Shown piece after piece: positions 33,501-46,422 of a DNA stretch of 64,000 nt. Numbering within the stretch: the stretch's first letter is position 1; every line of letters begins with the position of its first letter. The translations under genes and the position numbers were made by a program. Below the pieces are notes generated by a model. It did not search any database, was not told where the DNA came from, and saw only the letters and a list, made by a program, of their open reading frames with translations. Source of the stretch: Prorocentrum cordatum (Eukaryota); contig CAUYUJ010000137.1 of the NCBI GenBank assembly GCA_963575745.1, positions 310,001 to 374,000 of the forward strand, written 5' to 3'.

Positions 33501-35290
33501 TGCGTGTCGAGCCTCATTGGTCCAATGTCAGGGGCCCCGTAGGTGCCGTCATGTTGTCTTTGCAGCGCGTGGGGTGGGAGCTGATAGGCCCGCGCCACAT
33601 CGGGTCTGATCAGCAGCAGGTCATGTCTCGTTGTCGCGCCTCACCTTGTGATGTCAGGCATCCCTTGGAAACTGGAACAAGTAGGGCACAGGGCGTTCAG
33701 CTGGTGTCTAGTCTTCCTGAGACCCAGTGGGGGGCACGAAATTGTCTGGATGAGGGCTCTGAGGCTCGGGTTTCGGCAACTGCAGGGAGTCGGAAGATCA
33801 TGTCTTAGGGCGCTGTGGACTGGGGCCATGTGGCCAGCCGCCCGCAATTCCAGCATGGCTATGTCGGTAGCAGTAAATGCGATCTCTGTGGGCACCCGCA
33901 GGGCACGCTGGGCCACCAATTTTACGAATGCGAACTGCTCTGGTCAGAGAGCATCGATCCGGAGGCACGCCCGCTGATGCAGCTGATTGCTCTGAGAACA
34001 CGGCGAGTGGCTGAAAAGGCAGGCCTATGGGATCCCTCCCGATTTCGACTCCCCCGAGCTGGTGCACGGGCTGCCTTCTTCTCCTCGGGGACGCGAAAAC
34101 ATGGATTAGCGATTTATGGATTTGGCGCGCGATCGCCAAATACATCGATCGGGGGTGGTGCCCTCCCCAACGCGCGGCCGGCGCCGCCTCGTTCGGCGGC
34201 GGAAATCCGCGATTTCCCACGGAAACGGGACCCGTCGCTAATCCACGCCCCCTTGATCCATGCTTGCGATCGCCTGACTTCTCTCCCAATCCAGATCCCT
34301 CCTGTGGCCGTCAAGACGGCGTTCGTTCCGATTCCTGGGGTGCGGAGAGAGCGCCCTCGGGTTTCTCCGCCCGTGCGCGGACGGGAGTGGCCTGGCGCCG
34401 TCGGGGGCACCCGAGGCCACCGGGTGTGCGGCTGGTCTGTGGCCCCCCTGTCCCTCGGGGGCTGGCCCGCGGGGGCTTCGTGCGAGGCCCTTGCGGGGCT
34501 GCTCCAAACGGCCCCGAGGGTGGAACGCCAGGCCATGCTCCATGCGTTGCGTGTTGCGCCGCGGGGCCCCGAAGCAGTGTCTGACCACTTGCCCGCGGTT
34601 GCGAAGGGAGTCTCTCGGGGCCAAGGCCTTGCCGCGGGCGCGGCCAAGCACGCGCCGGTCAGGAGGCAAGTGTGTGAGCTGTATCGAAGCAAGCCTGAGA
34701 GGCCTACGTTCCGCTGGACCCCAGCCCGCCGCGATGATGAGCAGGTCCTGGTTGACCAAACGACCAGGGCCGGCCCGCCGCGATGTTGAGCATGTCCTGG
34801 TGGACCAAAAGATCGGGGCCGAGAGCCTGGGCCAAGGGCATAGTCGACTGCATCGGCAATGCGCAGGCTGATTTTTGTTCGCCAGGTTGGGGGCAGCCGA
34901 GCATGAGCTACCCGAGGTTTGGACGGCTCAGCTTCGAGAGTCTCCCATAGTTTGTTACCGCACCCTGGATTTCTTGTCGAGAGCTGCGCAGCATGCAGCT
35001 GCCTCAGCCCCAAAGGTGCCGACGCAACCAAGGGTGCTGGGCGATTCTGTACCGCAACGCGCTCTGCTATCCCATGATCTGGAGGCGGTGGAGGGGGTGT
35101 CGGGTGGCGTTCGTTGCACGTGGTGCCACTGCTCCGCGCGAGCGCCAATCAGTAGGCAGAAGCGCGAGCAGCCTGGTGGAAGTTGCAGGCCTCAGGTCCT
35201 CCACTTATATGCCTCGGCTGTGCGGGCCTGGCGGCACGGAGGGGCCCTTCGCTCGCGTCAACCTCTGGGCGCCGCATCTCCGTGGATGTC
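30569..35290 (+). mobile_element. Degraded APE-type LINE: end of ORF1 (stop at 30694) and ORF2 with endonuclease, RT, CCHC and RNase H
   Basis: APE: CCQEHH, GGVA, TC...SVIDYFVMS, SPRRPV (30720-31520). RT: LPKADG..LIAL, KCYEVV, QDILARC, ALMDD at 32894-32905, RNLGHD. CDLCGHPQGTLGHQFYEC near 33880. RNase H: GWSV, QTAPRVE, SDH, WTPA, GNAQAD (34380-34910). Many frameshifts and stops. Confidence 0.9.
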
Positions 35291-35299
35291 GGCTGTTTG

Positions 35300-36000
35300 T
35301 CCGAGTTTTTCTGTTTGCTGCCAGCGGCACGCACTCCTGTGGTAAGTGTGCTCTCTTGTCTGTCAAGGCTTGCCACGGTGGCAGAGACTCGGTTCGTTGC
35401 ATCTATGTGCCACGGGCATGTATTTGATGTTATGCGCTCGGGCACCTGCGGGCGGCTGAGGACTATGAGCAATGGGGCCGTTTCTGGGGTTGCCCCAAGC
35501 ATGGTCCCGTTGGCTCTGTTCCTGCGTCGTTCTGCGCTTTTCCGTCTGCCGCCTGCGGCCCGCCCTCCTGTGCAGGTTGTGCCCTGGTCTGTCTGGGTTG
35601 TGCCTCGGTGGCGGAGCCTCGTTTATTTGCATGCGTGTGCCATGCGGCATGTATTGCATGTATGTGCTCAGGCACCAGCGGGCGGCTGGGCGACTATGAG
35701 CATTAGGGCCTTTTCCGCGGTTGCCCCAAGTATGGTCCCGTTGGCTCTATCCCTGCGTCAGCCTGTGCTTCTTTTTTTGCTGGCAGCGGCCCGCACACCT
35801 GTGACGGTTGTGCCCTGGTCTGTCTGGGCTTTGCCACGGTTGCTGAGCCTTGCTTGTTTACATGCATCTGCCACGCGGCATGTATTTGCATCTTGTGTTC
35901 GGACACCTGCGCGCGGCGGGGGGACCATGAGCAATGGGGCCATTCTGGGGTTGCCCCAAGTGTGGCACCGCTGCCTCTGTCCCTGTGCTGTTCTGCGCTT
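35300..36000. repeat. ~231-bp tandem repeat (about 3 units)
   Basis: A(C/T)ATGAGCA..GGGCC and GGTTGCCCCAAG recur at about 35463, 35693 and 35925. Confidence 0.85.
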
Positions 36001-36844
36001 TACGATCCCAGGCATGCGACGTCCTGACTGTTTCAGGACAGCGTCCCCGGAAGTCTCGACCCTTTCCCTGGGGCGGGATTGTCATCCTGAGTAGTTGTCT
36101 GAAAGTCCCGAGGCCCTACGAGGGCCCCCCGGGGCCGAAAATACCAAAAACCTCCCGTCCTGATTTTTTTGCGATGCGATCATGTCTGGAATGGCTGCCT
36201 GCTTCAGGGCCGACCCCTTTCCCTGGCCCCCGCCGGGCGTTTCTCTGGGGCGGTGCTGGATTCCAGCGCTATACCCCGAGGCTCGGCCTCCCTTGCCCAG
36301 CGGCGAGGGCCCGTCTCGGCGGATGCTAGACCTTGACTGCCCCACCCCGCATCACCTGGACGCCTGGACGAGTCGGGCCGAAACTGCCCGCGGTGCCCAG
36401 GGTCCTCGTCTTTTTCCCCGGTTCGGGCGTGGAGGTCCACGGGGTGTTTCAATGCTGTGACTGTTAGCGATTCCCTTGGGGGCCTTCCAGAGGGGGTGAG
36501 GTCCCACCCCTCCCACAACATGCGCATGCATATGAGCATGGGGGTAAGGCCCTGCGCGTCTTGTCGGATGTAACTGTGCCCCTGATGTTGACCCCTGGGG
36601 GATAGTAAAGTTCGGGGGTCTGGCGGGGATAATCATGGATTCCCAGGCGAGGGATGATGATGATGATGATGATGATGATGACGATGATGATGATAGTGAT
36701 GATGATAATGATGATGATCCTGGGCGCTCGTGTAGGCTGGCCTTGCAGATCTTGGCACAAGACTGACTCGAGAGATCTCGGGTCTCGTGGCTAAAACTTG
36801 ACTGCACAAGAGAATTGCATGTAACTTCCAAATCCAATCGGTCC

Positions 36845-37030
36845 CCATGGCCCTGCCACACGTTCCTGACTCGGGAACGGCTGAGAAAGTGAGAATCCCA
36901 TGGCCATGCCGCACGTTCGTGACTTGGGAAAACTGTAATGGTGAGAAACCCAAAACCATGCCACACGCTCGTGATTGCGAAGCTGAAATGGTGAGACCAC
37001 CATTGCCATGCTCAGCGTTTGTGATGCTGT
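36845..37030. repeat. ~53-bp diverged tandem repeat (about 4 units)
   Basis: CCATGCC.CACG.TCGTGA...GTGAGA recurs. Confidence 0.65.
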
Positions 37031-37349
37031 TGATCACCAACATAATAAGATAAAGGCAACTTCGATCTGCAACTTCCCCCTGGGATTATCAAGTTCGGCC
37101 TCCGCGCCCCTCTCCACAATTTAATCCTCGTGGCACGAGAGAATAAATATTCAGGGGGTCGAAGAGGGGGGTATGATTTATGATCGGGGTCACGGGGTTA
37201 TGGGGATCAACAACTTGTAGGGTTGGAAAGGGGGTGCCTTGAAGTGGTTGCCCCCCCCGCCGTGAATACTTGAATCGCCTGGAGCGGAGTTTGTTCCCCG
37301 AGGCCTACAGTGAGGCCGAGCTCGAGCGTAGGGCCCACAAGGGGCCCTC

Positions 37350-37560
37350 CTGAGGCGGTCTTCGGACTTTGCCCTGGAACTCCTGGAACTCCTGAATCCC
37401 GGAACTCCTCGTCCTCATTCGCCTTTGGCACTGGTGGCGACTGCGTCAGCCTGACGCTGCCTCCCTCCTCCGCCTCCTCCGCCACCACCTCCACCACGAC
37501 GCTGGAATTCCGGGAACGGGGCCCGAGGGAACCGCGGCCCAAGGAGCAGCTCCTCCTCAC
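37350..37560 (-). other. Possible isolated exon (RNSSVVVEVVAEEAEEGGSVRLTQSPPVPKANEDEEFRDSG)
   Basis: Protein-like open frame between repeats; boundaries not established. Confidence 0.3.
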
Positions 37561-37769
37561 GCATCATTTGTGGGCGGCCCTGGGGCGACAGGGAGGGCCT
37601 CGGAGGCCCGAAAGTTATGCAAAAACCTCAGGGCCCGTAGCGGGCCACCCTTGCCCCTCCTCTTCCTCCTCCTCCTCCTCCCTCTGCCCGTCCTCTTGAT
37701 CCCTCCCTCCTCGTCCCTCTTCACGCCCCCTCGCTTCCCTCCTGCCTGAACACTCAACGGGCGGGCTCT

Positions 37770-38620
37770 CTGGAACCCCCCCGGGGAAACAACAGGAGAA
37801 CCTGGAGAACCCAGAAAACCTGGAGAGCCCAAAGCCCCAGGGATCCCCCGGAGAACCCCCAGAGAACCTCGGAGAAACCTCGGAAGCCCAGAGAACCCAG
37901 AGAACCCAGAGAAACCTGGAGAACCATCCTCGGAGAAACCTCGGAAAACCCTCGGAGAACCAAAATAATCAACCTGGAGAATCCCGGATAAAAACCCAAA
38001 GAGCCCTGGATAACCGGCGAAGAACCCAAAGAACCCAGAGAACACAAAGAACCCGGCGAAACCTCGGATAACCTTCGGAGAACCCGCGGAAAGCCCTCGG
38101 GCAACCTCGGAGAACCCTCGGAGAACCCTCGGAGAACTCTCGGAGAAAAAAACCCAAAGAACCTGGGACCCCCCCGGATCCAACCCAGAGAACCCAGAAA
38201 AGCAACAAAACCAAGAGATGCCGGAGAACCCGGAGAAGTCGGAGAACACCGGAAAACATGTATAGCCCGGAGAATCTGGAGAACACGTAGAAGTCGGAAA
38301 ACCTCGGAGAAGCCCTGAGAACTTCCGGAGAACTCGGGGAATCCAAAGAACCCAAAAGCCCCAACAAACAACCCGGAGAACCAGAGAACCCGGAGAACTC
38401 CCGGACAACTCCAAAGAACCCCCAAACACGGAGAACCCCCGCGAGAACTCCGAAAAACCTCGGAGAACCCCCTGAGAACCCGGAGAGCCAAAGAACCCGG
38501 AGACCCCCCAAAGAACCCCTTGAGAACCTGTGGAAAACCCAACCCCTCAGAACCGCGGGAGCAGGTGGAGAGACCAGAAATCGCGGAGAACCCTGGAGAA
38601 CCCGGGAGAACCCTCGCGGC
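37770..38620. repeat. GGAGAACC(C)-type degenerate 9-11-mer satellite
   Basis: Direct inspection. Confidence 0.9.
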
Positions 38621-39034
38621 TTGAAGGCCCTGAAAGATTATAACAAGGTCGCCCTACTGATAGTTACGATGTATGTGACATACAACGAAATATGCTGCAC
38701 AGCAAGAACAGTCATAACTGAACCATCCACCCAGTGCTTGCTTGAAGCGCAGTTATGATTCATGGTAAGTTCGTTAGTGTTCAACATGCATCCGAATTTT
38801 CTGCGACGTATCCAACCCATCGGCACAAAAGGATGATACAAGGTGTGCCGACAATAGTGTGACAGCAACACTGCAAGAGAGGGTGCACGGCGGATATCAT
38901 TATCATGCGAAGTGTGTGCGTGGCCGACTGGCAGAACAGAGGTACAAAAGAACAGGAGGCATTGTACTGGGGAGGGGAAGAAAAAAAGGAAACATCGGGG
39001 TGGAAAAACAATCACCTCGGCAAAAGTAGCGTGA

Positions 39035-39400
39035 TGATGGCGAGGTCTTCTGGGGATCTGCGTGGGACCCCACTGTGCTGGCCCTCCCAGCAGCCCTCGA
39101 AAGTGACGACAATTTCACACTGCGCAGCCCCCCAGGGATGGCGAGGTCCCACTTGGATCTGCGTACGGACCCACTGTGATGGCCCCCCCAGCAGCCCTCG
39201 AAAGTGGCGAGAATGTCACACTTCGCAGCCCCCCAGGGATGGCGAGGTCCTGTTTGGATATGCGTGCAGCCCCACTGTGATGGCCCCCCCAGCAGCCCTC
39301 GAAAGTGGCGAGAATGTCACACTCCGTAGCCCTTCAGGGATGGCGAGGTCCCGTTTGGATCTGCGTGTGGCCCCACTGCGCGGGCTCCCCCAGCAGCCCT
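39035..39400. repeat. 101-bp tandem repeat (about 3.6 units), followed by (TCC)n to 39550
   Basis: GATGGCGAGGTC at about 39037, 39137, 39238 and 39339. Confidence 0.9.
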
Positions 39401-39849
39401 CCTCCTCCTCCACTTCCTCCTCGTCCTCCTCCTCCTCCTCCTCGTCCTCCTCCTCCTCCTCCTCCTCCTCGTCCTCCTCCTCGTCCTCCTCCTCCTCCTC
39501 CTCCTCCTCCTCCTCCTCCTCCTCCTCCTCGTCCTCCTCCTCCTCCTCCTTGCGACTCGTTTGCTTCATGGCCGGGCTCCACGCGCGCGTCGATGGGCGC
39601 CGGCACGCGGGAGCGAACCTCGGCACGGGCGGGCGGCTGGCGTCGCGCCTGCCTCGCATGCGCCCCTGCCTGCCTGCGGAAAAAAAGCTGCGCTCCTGCC
39701 CGCGCTCGCTCCTCGATGCCCGAAGCACGACCCTCGAGGCTCGATCCTCGAGGCTCGATCTCCAAGGGGCGCCTCTTCTGTCCGCTGTTCATGCTCCCCC
39801 CGGTGTCCCTGGTCCCTGTGCCACTCTCCCCCCTCCATTCCTCCAGGAT

Positions 39850-40090
39850 CAGTCAGCATCGAGTCGATCAATCGGATCGAGTCAACATGCTCGCATCGGA
39901 TCGGGCTCGATGGGCAGAGGGAAGATCGGATCGGAGCGGCTGCGCCAGGATGCACGAGAACGCCATGCAAGCATCAGCCCGGATCTGATCTCCGAAGCAT
40001 CGAAAGCAAATCAGATCGGGCCGGCCCGAATAGGTATGTTGATGCATCCTGCTTCCAAATCGATCGGGCCAGCCCACATCAGCATCAGTC
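39850..40090 (+). repeat. GATCG-rich dispersed repeat, copy 2
   Basis: Homologous to 11385-11595. Confidence 0.7.
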
Positions 40091-41327
40091 CTGATTCCCC
40101 ATCTCCTCCCCTCGTGCACGTGCCCATTCTCACTACGTGCTTCCCCTTCCCTCCGCGACGTTCAACTCGACTCTTACGGAATTAGCATACGCTTTCTGCA
40201 TGTTGAAATTCAGACATGGTGTTGTGAATGCGTTGCCAGCTGTGCGGCTGGAGTGGGACGCGGCGGGCGTAGAGCGGGAGCAGGTAAAACGCAGCTCTCG
40301 CCCCAGTTCCTGGAAGCTGCGCTCTCGCTTTGGCGCGTCGAGTGCATTTTCCCGCCACGACCAACGGAAGCTGGAGCGCAGAGGGGGCCCCGCGAAATAA
40401 GCAAAGCTGAAGCTGAAGCAAGCAAAATGCTACCCTCGCCCAAGCGCCGCGCATAATCTTTCGAAGCTCGCACCCCACACTGGGCTCGGCGCATGCGCTT
40501 TGCTCGCCAATCTCACTGGAAGTGAAGCCGCGTGCCGCTGCAGGGCCATGCTGAGTTGCGTCTCCAGTTGGGCGCGGTGCAGGAGGTCTTTTCCGCCCGC
40601 CAAACCGACCCCGATGATACCATTTTTTTCCGTGGCGGAGGCAACGGACGGTAGTTGCCATTTGCAACTCTTTGGCGAGAAGCAGGATCAGGCGTTTCCT
40701 GATCCGATTCGGCGTCCGAGAGGAGAAGGAGGAGGAGGAGGAGGAAGGAGGAACACCCAACATGTGGAACACGTACCGAACCCAATGAGACCTTACACCG
40801 AAGATAGCGCGGTGATGGCGCGCAAGCACATTCGGGTGCCGAGCAACATCTGCGCTGTGCCCCATGATCTCTCATCCTCGCACGCGAGCCCACGAAACTG
40901 ATGTGCCTGTTTTCCACCGCCACCACCAAAAGTTGGAGGGGGGAAGGGGTCCTCCTCCCCCTCCTCTTCTTCCTCCTTCTCCTCCTCATCCTCCACCTCC
41001 TTCCCCCCTCTTCCTCTTCCTCCCCCTCCCCCTCTTCTTCCTCCTCCACCTCCTTCCCCCCTCCAACTCATGGCGGTGGTGGTGGAAAACAGGCCCATCA
41101 GAACCACCCACCCGGGCCGCCATCCTGTTCACATCCCTGCCGCCCAGCGCGTGAACGCCCTCCAACTTCTGGTGGTGGTGGCAAGCCCGCCCATCACACG
41201 AACCACCCACCCAGGCCGCCATCCTGTGCACATGTCCCCGCCGTCCAGCGCGTGAACGACGCCCGTGCGGGGTGTGCACGCCACACTTCGAAATGGAAAC
41301 GCTCGCGAGCACAAACATCGATCTAGA

Positions 41328-41605
41328 TTGGAAGCCGGGCGAGGGCTGGCAAATCCGTGGCTGCTAAAACGGCCTCCCTGGAAAAAGCAACAACAACAAC
41401 AAATCCCGGAGTCAAGCTCAGCGCACTGGGCGAAGGCTTGCCAATCCGAGGCTGCTAAAACGGTCTTCCAGGAAGAACAACTCAAGATCCCCGGAATCAA
41501 GCTCAGCGCACTACATAGTGAACGGGCTGCTTCCTGGAAAGAAGAACAACCAACCTCCCGGAACTCCGTTTTACCAGCCACGGGTTGCCAGCCTTCGCCC
41601 AGCCT
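41328..41605 (+). repeat. Dispersed repeat with inverted ends; second copy at 42960-43140
   Basis: GGCTGGCAAATCCGTGGCTGCT...AAGCTCAGCGCACT...AGCCACGGGT..GCCAGCC in both copies. Confidence 0.7.
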
Positions 41606-42574
41606 CCGCGAGAGACGGCGGCTCTCCGACGTTCCCCGCGCAAACAATCGCGCCCTGGAGGAACGCTTCGCCCTGGGATTCGTCAAAATGGCAAGCTCTC
41701 TGCAGATCGTGAAGTATTCCGTGATGTCGAGGCTGATCCCAGTTGCAAGGCTCGATCTGAACAGTGTTTTTCGCTTTAGGTATTCTCTCGTGCTCCTCCG
41801 TTCTGTCTTCGGTCTGCTTTTGCTGCAAAACGAAATCAAGATGAAAACGGTCCACAGAATCGCCAACACATCGTTTAGCTGGAGCCCAGTTGCCGTGCCG
41901 CATCCCAATGTTCTGGTGACGTTCTGGTTTCGTGCTCCTTCGCTCTGTCTGCGTTCTGACTTCGCTGCGAAACGAAGACAGAACGGAAACGGTCCACGAA
42001 ATCGCCAAAACACCGTTTAGCTCGAGCCGAGATGTCGAGGCTGATCCCAATGCTTCGTTTTCATGTTATGTGTTCGATTGGTGGTAGTGGGCGGTGGCCC
42101 ACCCTCACTCGATCTGCGCACCTCGACGCCATCCCCGTCCTCGCTCAACACCCCCTTCCCTCCTCCTCCTCCTGGCCTCCTTCCGTTGGCGGCGCGCAAT
42201 AGGTGGTAGGGGAGAGGGGTGAAGGCTTCTTAGAAGGAGGCCGTTTCTTTGAAAACGCGGGCCCTTACGTCTACAGACAAGGCCCGCGCCTTCTAAAAAA
42301 CAGGGGTGCTTCTGCGAAGCCTTCCCCCCTCCCCCTACCCCCCTCTGCGCGTGGCCGACCTTATCCCTTACAGTCAAGCTGCTACAACAACTAACGCCGA
42401 ATAAGGAACGAGCACCTGTTGGGCCCAAAAAGTGCCTGCGCACGAGGAAAGCTATAGCTATAGGAGCAGCCATCTCGAAAGGTCAAGGAACAGCGTGACT
42501 CTTCTGAACCCAAACTGTGCCATATTTCAACAGCCTGACTGTACCTGAAAAAGAAAAAAAACATAAACAGAAAC

Positions 42575-42710
42575 TTTGGGCGCTCCGCGCGAATTTCCTG
42601 GACTCGCGCTGGACACCCCTCCCTGGCGCGCTCCGCGCGCCAGGGGCGGCGCCGGAGGCGCCGCCGGAGGGCCCAGCGCGGATGCAAGATCTCCGCGCGG
42701 AGCGCAAAAA
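42575..42710. repeat. Palindromic MITE-like element, diverged copy
   Basis: GCGCTCCGCGCG...CGCGCGGAGCGC; homologous to 50912-51054. Confidence 0.7.
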
Positions 42711-43379
42711 GTGTATGCTTGTAGCGTTTCTTTCTTCCTCGATCCCTCCCTCCCTCCCTCCCGCCCCCCCCCCCCCTGCCTCCATCTCCATCTCCATTGC
42801 TCGTGCCCAGCGCTCTCGCATCTGCTGTGCGCCCTGGCCCCTGCTCTTCATCGGGCCTGCCGGCTGCGGAAGCAGGCACACGCGCTGAAGGAGGACAGCG
42901 ACACCACGGTAATTGCGCTGGGCAGGGCAAAGACTCGGAGGCCCTGAACCAGGGCGTTTCGGAAGCTGGGCGAAGGCTGGCAAATCCGTGGCTGCTGAAA
43001 CGGTCTTCCCGGAAGAGAAAACGAATTCCTGGAAGGAAGCTCAGCGCACTAAGTAGTAAACAGGCTGCTTCCCTGAAGAAAAAAAATACCGGAGCTCCGT
43101 CTTAGCAGCCACGGGTCTGCCAGCCTTGGCCCGGCTTCTGAACGTTGCTGCCCAGGGTTCTGAAAATCCCAGCTGGAAAGACCAAGTGAAAGAGGATGGT
43201 TCGACCAATGGCTGCGAACTGGCAAGATTCGCACTGGCAAGACTCCCCGCCCACCCCCTCCCCCCTGGGCACGCCCGTTATCGCCAGGGGATACAAAAAA
43301 CTGTCTCCTTCTCGGGCACGCCAACCTCCTTGTTTACAAAAAGTCCCCTTTGAGAGGGCCCCGAAAGGTACAACAACTA

Positions 43380-43975
43380 TCCTGGCGAAGGGCACCATGT
43401 GCAGTTGTAAGAGTATCGCCGTTGTGGGCATCGCCTTCGGTGGATCTCTTGCTGGGGCCACGAAGCGTATAAAGAGTGTGACGAAATGGGGCGGGGACGC
43501 ATGCGGGCGCAGCCATTGGCGCCTTCGGTGGCGCTCCATAAAGGGCCACGAAACAAGTGAGAGGTGTGCCGAAATGGAGCGGGGCCGCCGTGCGAACGTC
43601 GACACTGGGGCCTTCAGTGGAGCTCCCTATGGGGCCACGAAGCGTTGCTCTGAGTGGGGGAGACGCATGCGAACACCGCCACTGGGGCCTTCGGTGGAGC
43701 TCCCTATGGGGCCACGAAACGGTATACTGGGTGGGGGAAACGCATGCGGACACCGCAACGGGGGCCTTCGGCGGAGCACCCGATGGGGCCACGAGATGCT
43801 GTGCTAGGCGGGGGAGACGCATGCGGGCGGTGCTACTGGGGCCATGGAGCCACGAACACTATACTGGGTGGGGATGACGCATGCGGAGGGAGGAGGAGGG
43901 AAAGGAGGAAGGAAGAAGTGACGCGGGGCGCTGACTCTTCAAAACGAACAGCCAAACCCACAAGATGGTTGGGAA
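43380..43975 (+). repeat. Old, diverged array of the 90-bp satellite with terminal cap
   Basis: GGGGCCTTCGGTGGAGCTCCCTATGGGGCCACGAA units, then CTCTTCAAAACGA...GATGGTTGGGAA. Confidence 0.85.
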
Positions 43976-44347
43976 ATAATGGCCGGCAAAAGACTCACCA
44001 GAGCCAGAATGGGTACGGAAAGGAAAGGGAAGAAGACCGACAGCAATTCCTGCCTGACGGTGTCGCCGCGGATGCTATCCGGTCGAGACAGACGCCCGCC
44101 TGCCCAATAGCGGCCGCTGTCGGTTCCGGGCAACATGTGTGGGTGGGCATCGTGCCCATTCTTTCCATGCACGTCTCGGGCGTCAAAAGGGACGGCGAGC
44201 GTCCCGGGGGCAGAGGCCAAACGAGCTCGAAGCGAGCTCCCCCCCCCGATCGCTCCAGGAGGAGGCCAGCGGCAACCTCTGCCCGTTCTCCCGAGAGCTG
44301 TTTGTAGAGGCCTGGAAATTGGCACCAACACCAACACATGGGGGTTT

Positions 44348-44466
44348 GCCTCCACAGGGGGAAGATGATCCTGGATTTCGATGCTGGTGGTAATAGCTCG
44401 GTCACCTTGGAAGCTAGAATATTACCACCATCACCGAGATCGGGATCTTCTTCCCTCGGTGGAGGC
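44348..44466. repeat. Imperfect hairpin with ~50-bp arms (MITE-like)
   Basis: GCCTCCAC.G.GGGAAGA.GATCC...TGGTGGTAATA pairs with TATTACCACCA...GGATCTTCTTCCC...GTGGAGGC. Confidence 0.7.
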
Positions 44467-46018
44467 ACACAGCCGATAGCGGTGGTGTCAATCTCTTAGC
44501 CTGCGATGTTGTTCTACCTCCGCTGACCTTCCGCCGAGGGAGCTGCGCAAAGCCCTCGGCCCCTCGAGGGCGGGCCCCCCTTCTGGTGCGAGTCATCCAG
44601 GCCTGTGCTCTCCCCCGGAGGATGCGACAGGCTCGTGCCGTCCCGGCCGGGGCGCGGTTCCTGACACCGCGGGGACCGTTCAGCCTGGAACGATCGGCCG
44701 CCGCTTCCCAGACGTCATACCGTTCAACATCGACCGATTCTGGTCTCTGGCGGCGTTTGAACGCCGGCGGCAAGATCGCGGCCGGTCGACACTACGCGAA
44801 CTGACCGTACAGGCCGTTGGAAGAACTAGGTGGAAACACGAAACGGGAAGGCGGCCAAAACAGATTGGGCTCGGGCCCGCCCAGAGAACCACGCGAGACA
44901 GCAAAAGCACCTCGACTCTGGGAGTGCAGATGCACCTGCGTTTTTCGATCTGCGAACGCCCGCCGGGGCAGGAGCTGTTTGTCAGCGGCGGCGCGAGGGC
45001 ACGCAGCGTCGGGCAGCCGCAGCAGGTGTGCGGGGGCAGACAGCAGCCGCACCTCCGCAGCAGCAAGCAGAGCCAGCAGGCCGACCTCGCGCGGGCCTTT
45101 CGAGGCGGAGGGCGCCAAGAACGCAAGATGAGCAAGCAGCTCGCACACAGGAGCGCCAAGAATGCGAAACTGCGCAGCATATCGCCGAGCACATAAGACG
45201 CCAAGAGCTCCAAATGAGCAGCTCGCCAGACAAGAACGCCAAGAACGCCGAGAACACCAGAGCCCGACTCACGAGGCCAAGATCGCAAAACAACGACAAG
45301 CACAGACACACATACACACACAGGGCGTTTGGCTGTGCCGTCGGCCGCGCGGGCGCAGAGGCCGCGCGGCGGCGGCGGCCGAGCACGGGACCGCTTGCTC
45401 TTGGCTGCGCCGTGGGCTGCGCACTCGGCGGCCGATGCCAAGACGGCCTGCCGGTTGGTTGCGCCATCGGCTGTGCATTCGGCGGTCGATAGTACACGGT
45501 CTGCTATCCCTGAGATCCTGGCGTTGCAATTTTCTCACAGGAGTTTCCGCCTAATTTCGAGACCTGGGACTCTCACAGATCGATCCGGCTCGAAAAGTGA
45601 TGCAGAAAGATAGGGTCCAGGGCTGCGGGCGTGATTGTTTGCGATGTTGTAATTTTTTGTTGCAACGTCTGATCTCAGGGATGCACGGCCTGCCATTGTT
45701 TGCGCCATAGGTCTCGCACACGGTGGCCGATGGTAAAGTGGCTTGCCATGGGTTGCGGCGGCCGAAAAGAAAAACGACCGCTTGGGGGTTACGACCAGTC
45801 AGTCCACGCCAGTGGACCTCGCGGAGACACAGGCCACGCCCGGAATCGTTGCCGAGCCAGGCGCCAGCGGTCAGAATGCAGGGGTGAACGATTTGCCTGC
45901 CACTCGGGCAGCCCTCGCCACCTTCGCCACCGGCCTCGCAGCCCTTTTCAGGCTCGGGCGTCCTGCGCGCCCCGCTGCCGCGCGCGTGGCCGGCCGCCGA
46001 GCCCGCCTCCGAGGAACG

Positions 46019-46422
46019 ATGCCGAGCCGCAGCGGCCGCCCGCTCCGCCGCACCGCCATCGCCGCGGCGGGGCTCGCGCTGGTGGCGCTCTGGGGGCGGT
46101 CGGGCTCGGTCGCCAGCGTGAACGCCAAGGACGTGCTGCGCTACCCCGTCGGGCTGCGCCACTCCCTGGCAGCGGACAACGGGCGGTTCTCGGTGCACGG
46201 CATCTCGCAGAGGAGGGCCAGTGGGCCCTGGCCCTCTCGGAGGGGGGCTCGCCCGTGGCCGCAGTGCAGAAGCTGGGCGGCGGCCCCGCCAAGAGCGCCG
46301 TGTCCTACGACACGGACAAGGTCAGCCTCAAGCCCAGGCTCGCCGCGGCCGTGCAAGGGATCCGCTTCTCGGCCACGGGCACGGAGGAGGGCGGCCTGGG
46401 CAGCGCCGACTGGGCGCTGCAG
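46019..46422 (+). pseudogene. First exon of a signal-peptide-bearing protein gene, frameshifted near 46205
   Basis: ATG at 46019, MPSRSGRPLRRTAIAAAGLALVALWG (basic then hydrophobic), strong GC3 codon bias, ends CAG|GTGCGC; degenerate SL-like motif about 60 nt upstream. Confidence 0.5.
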
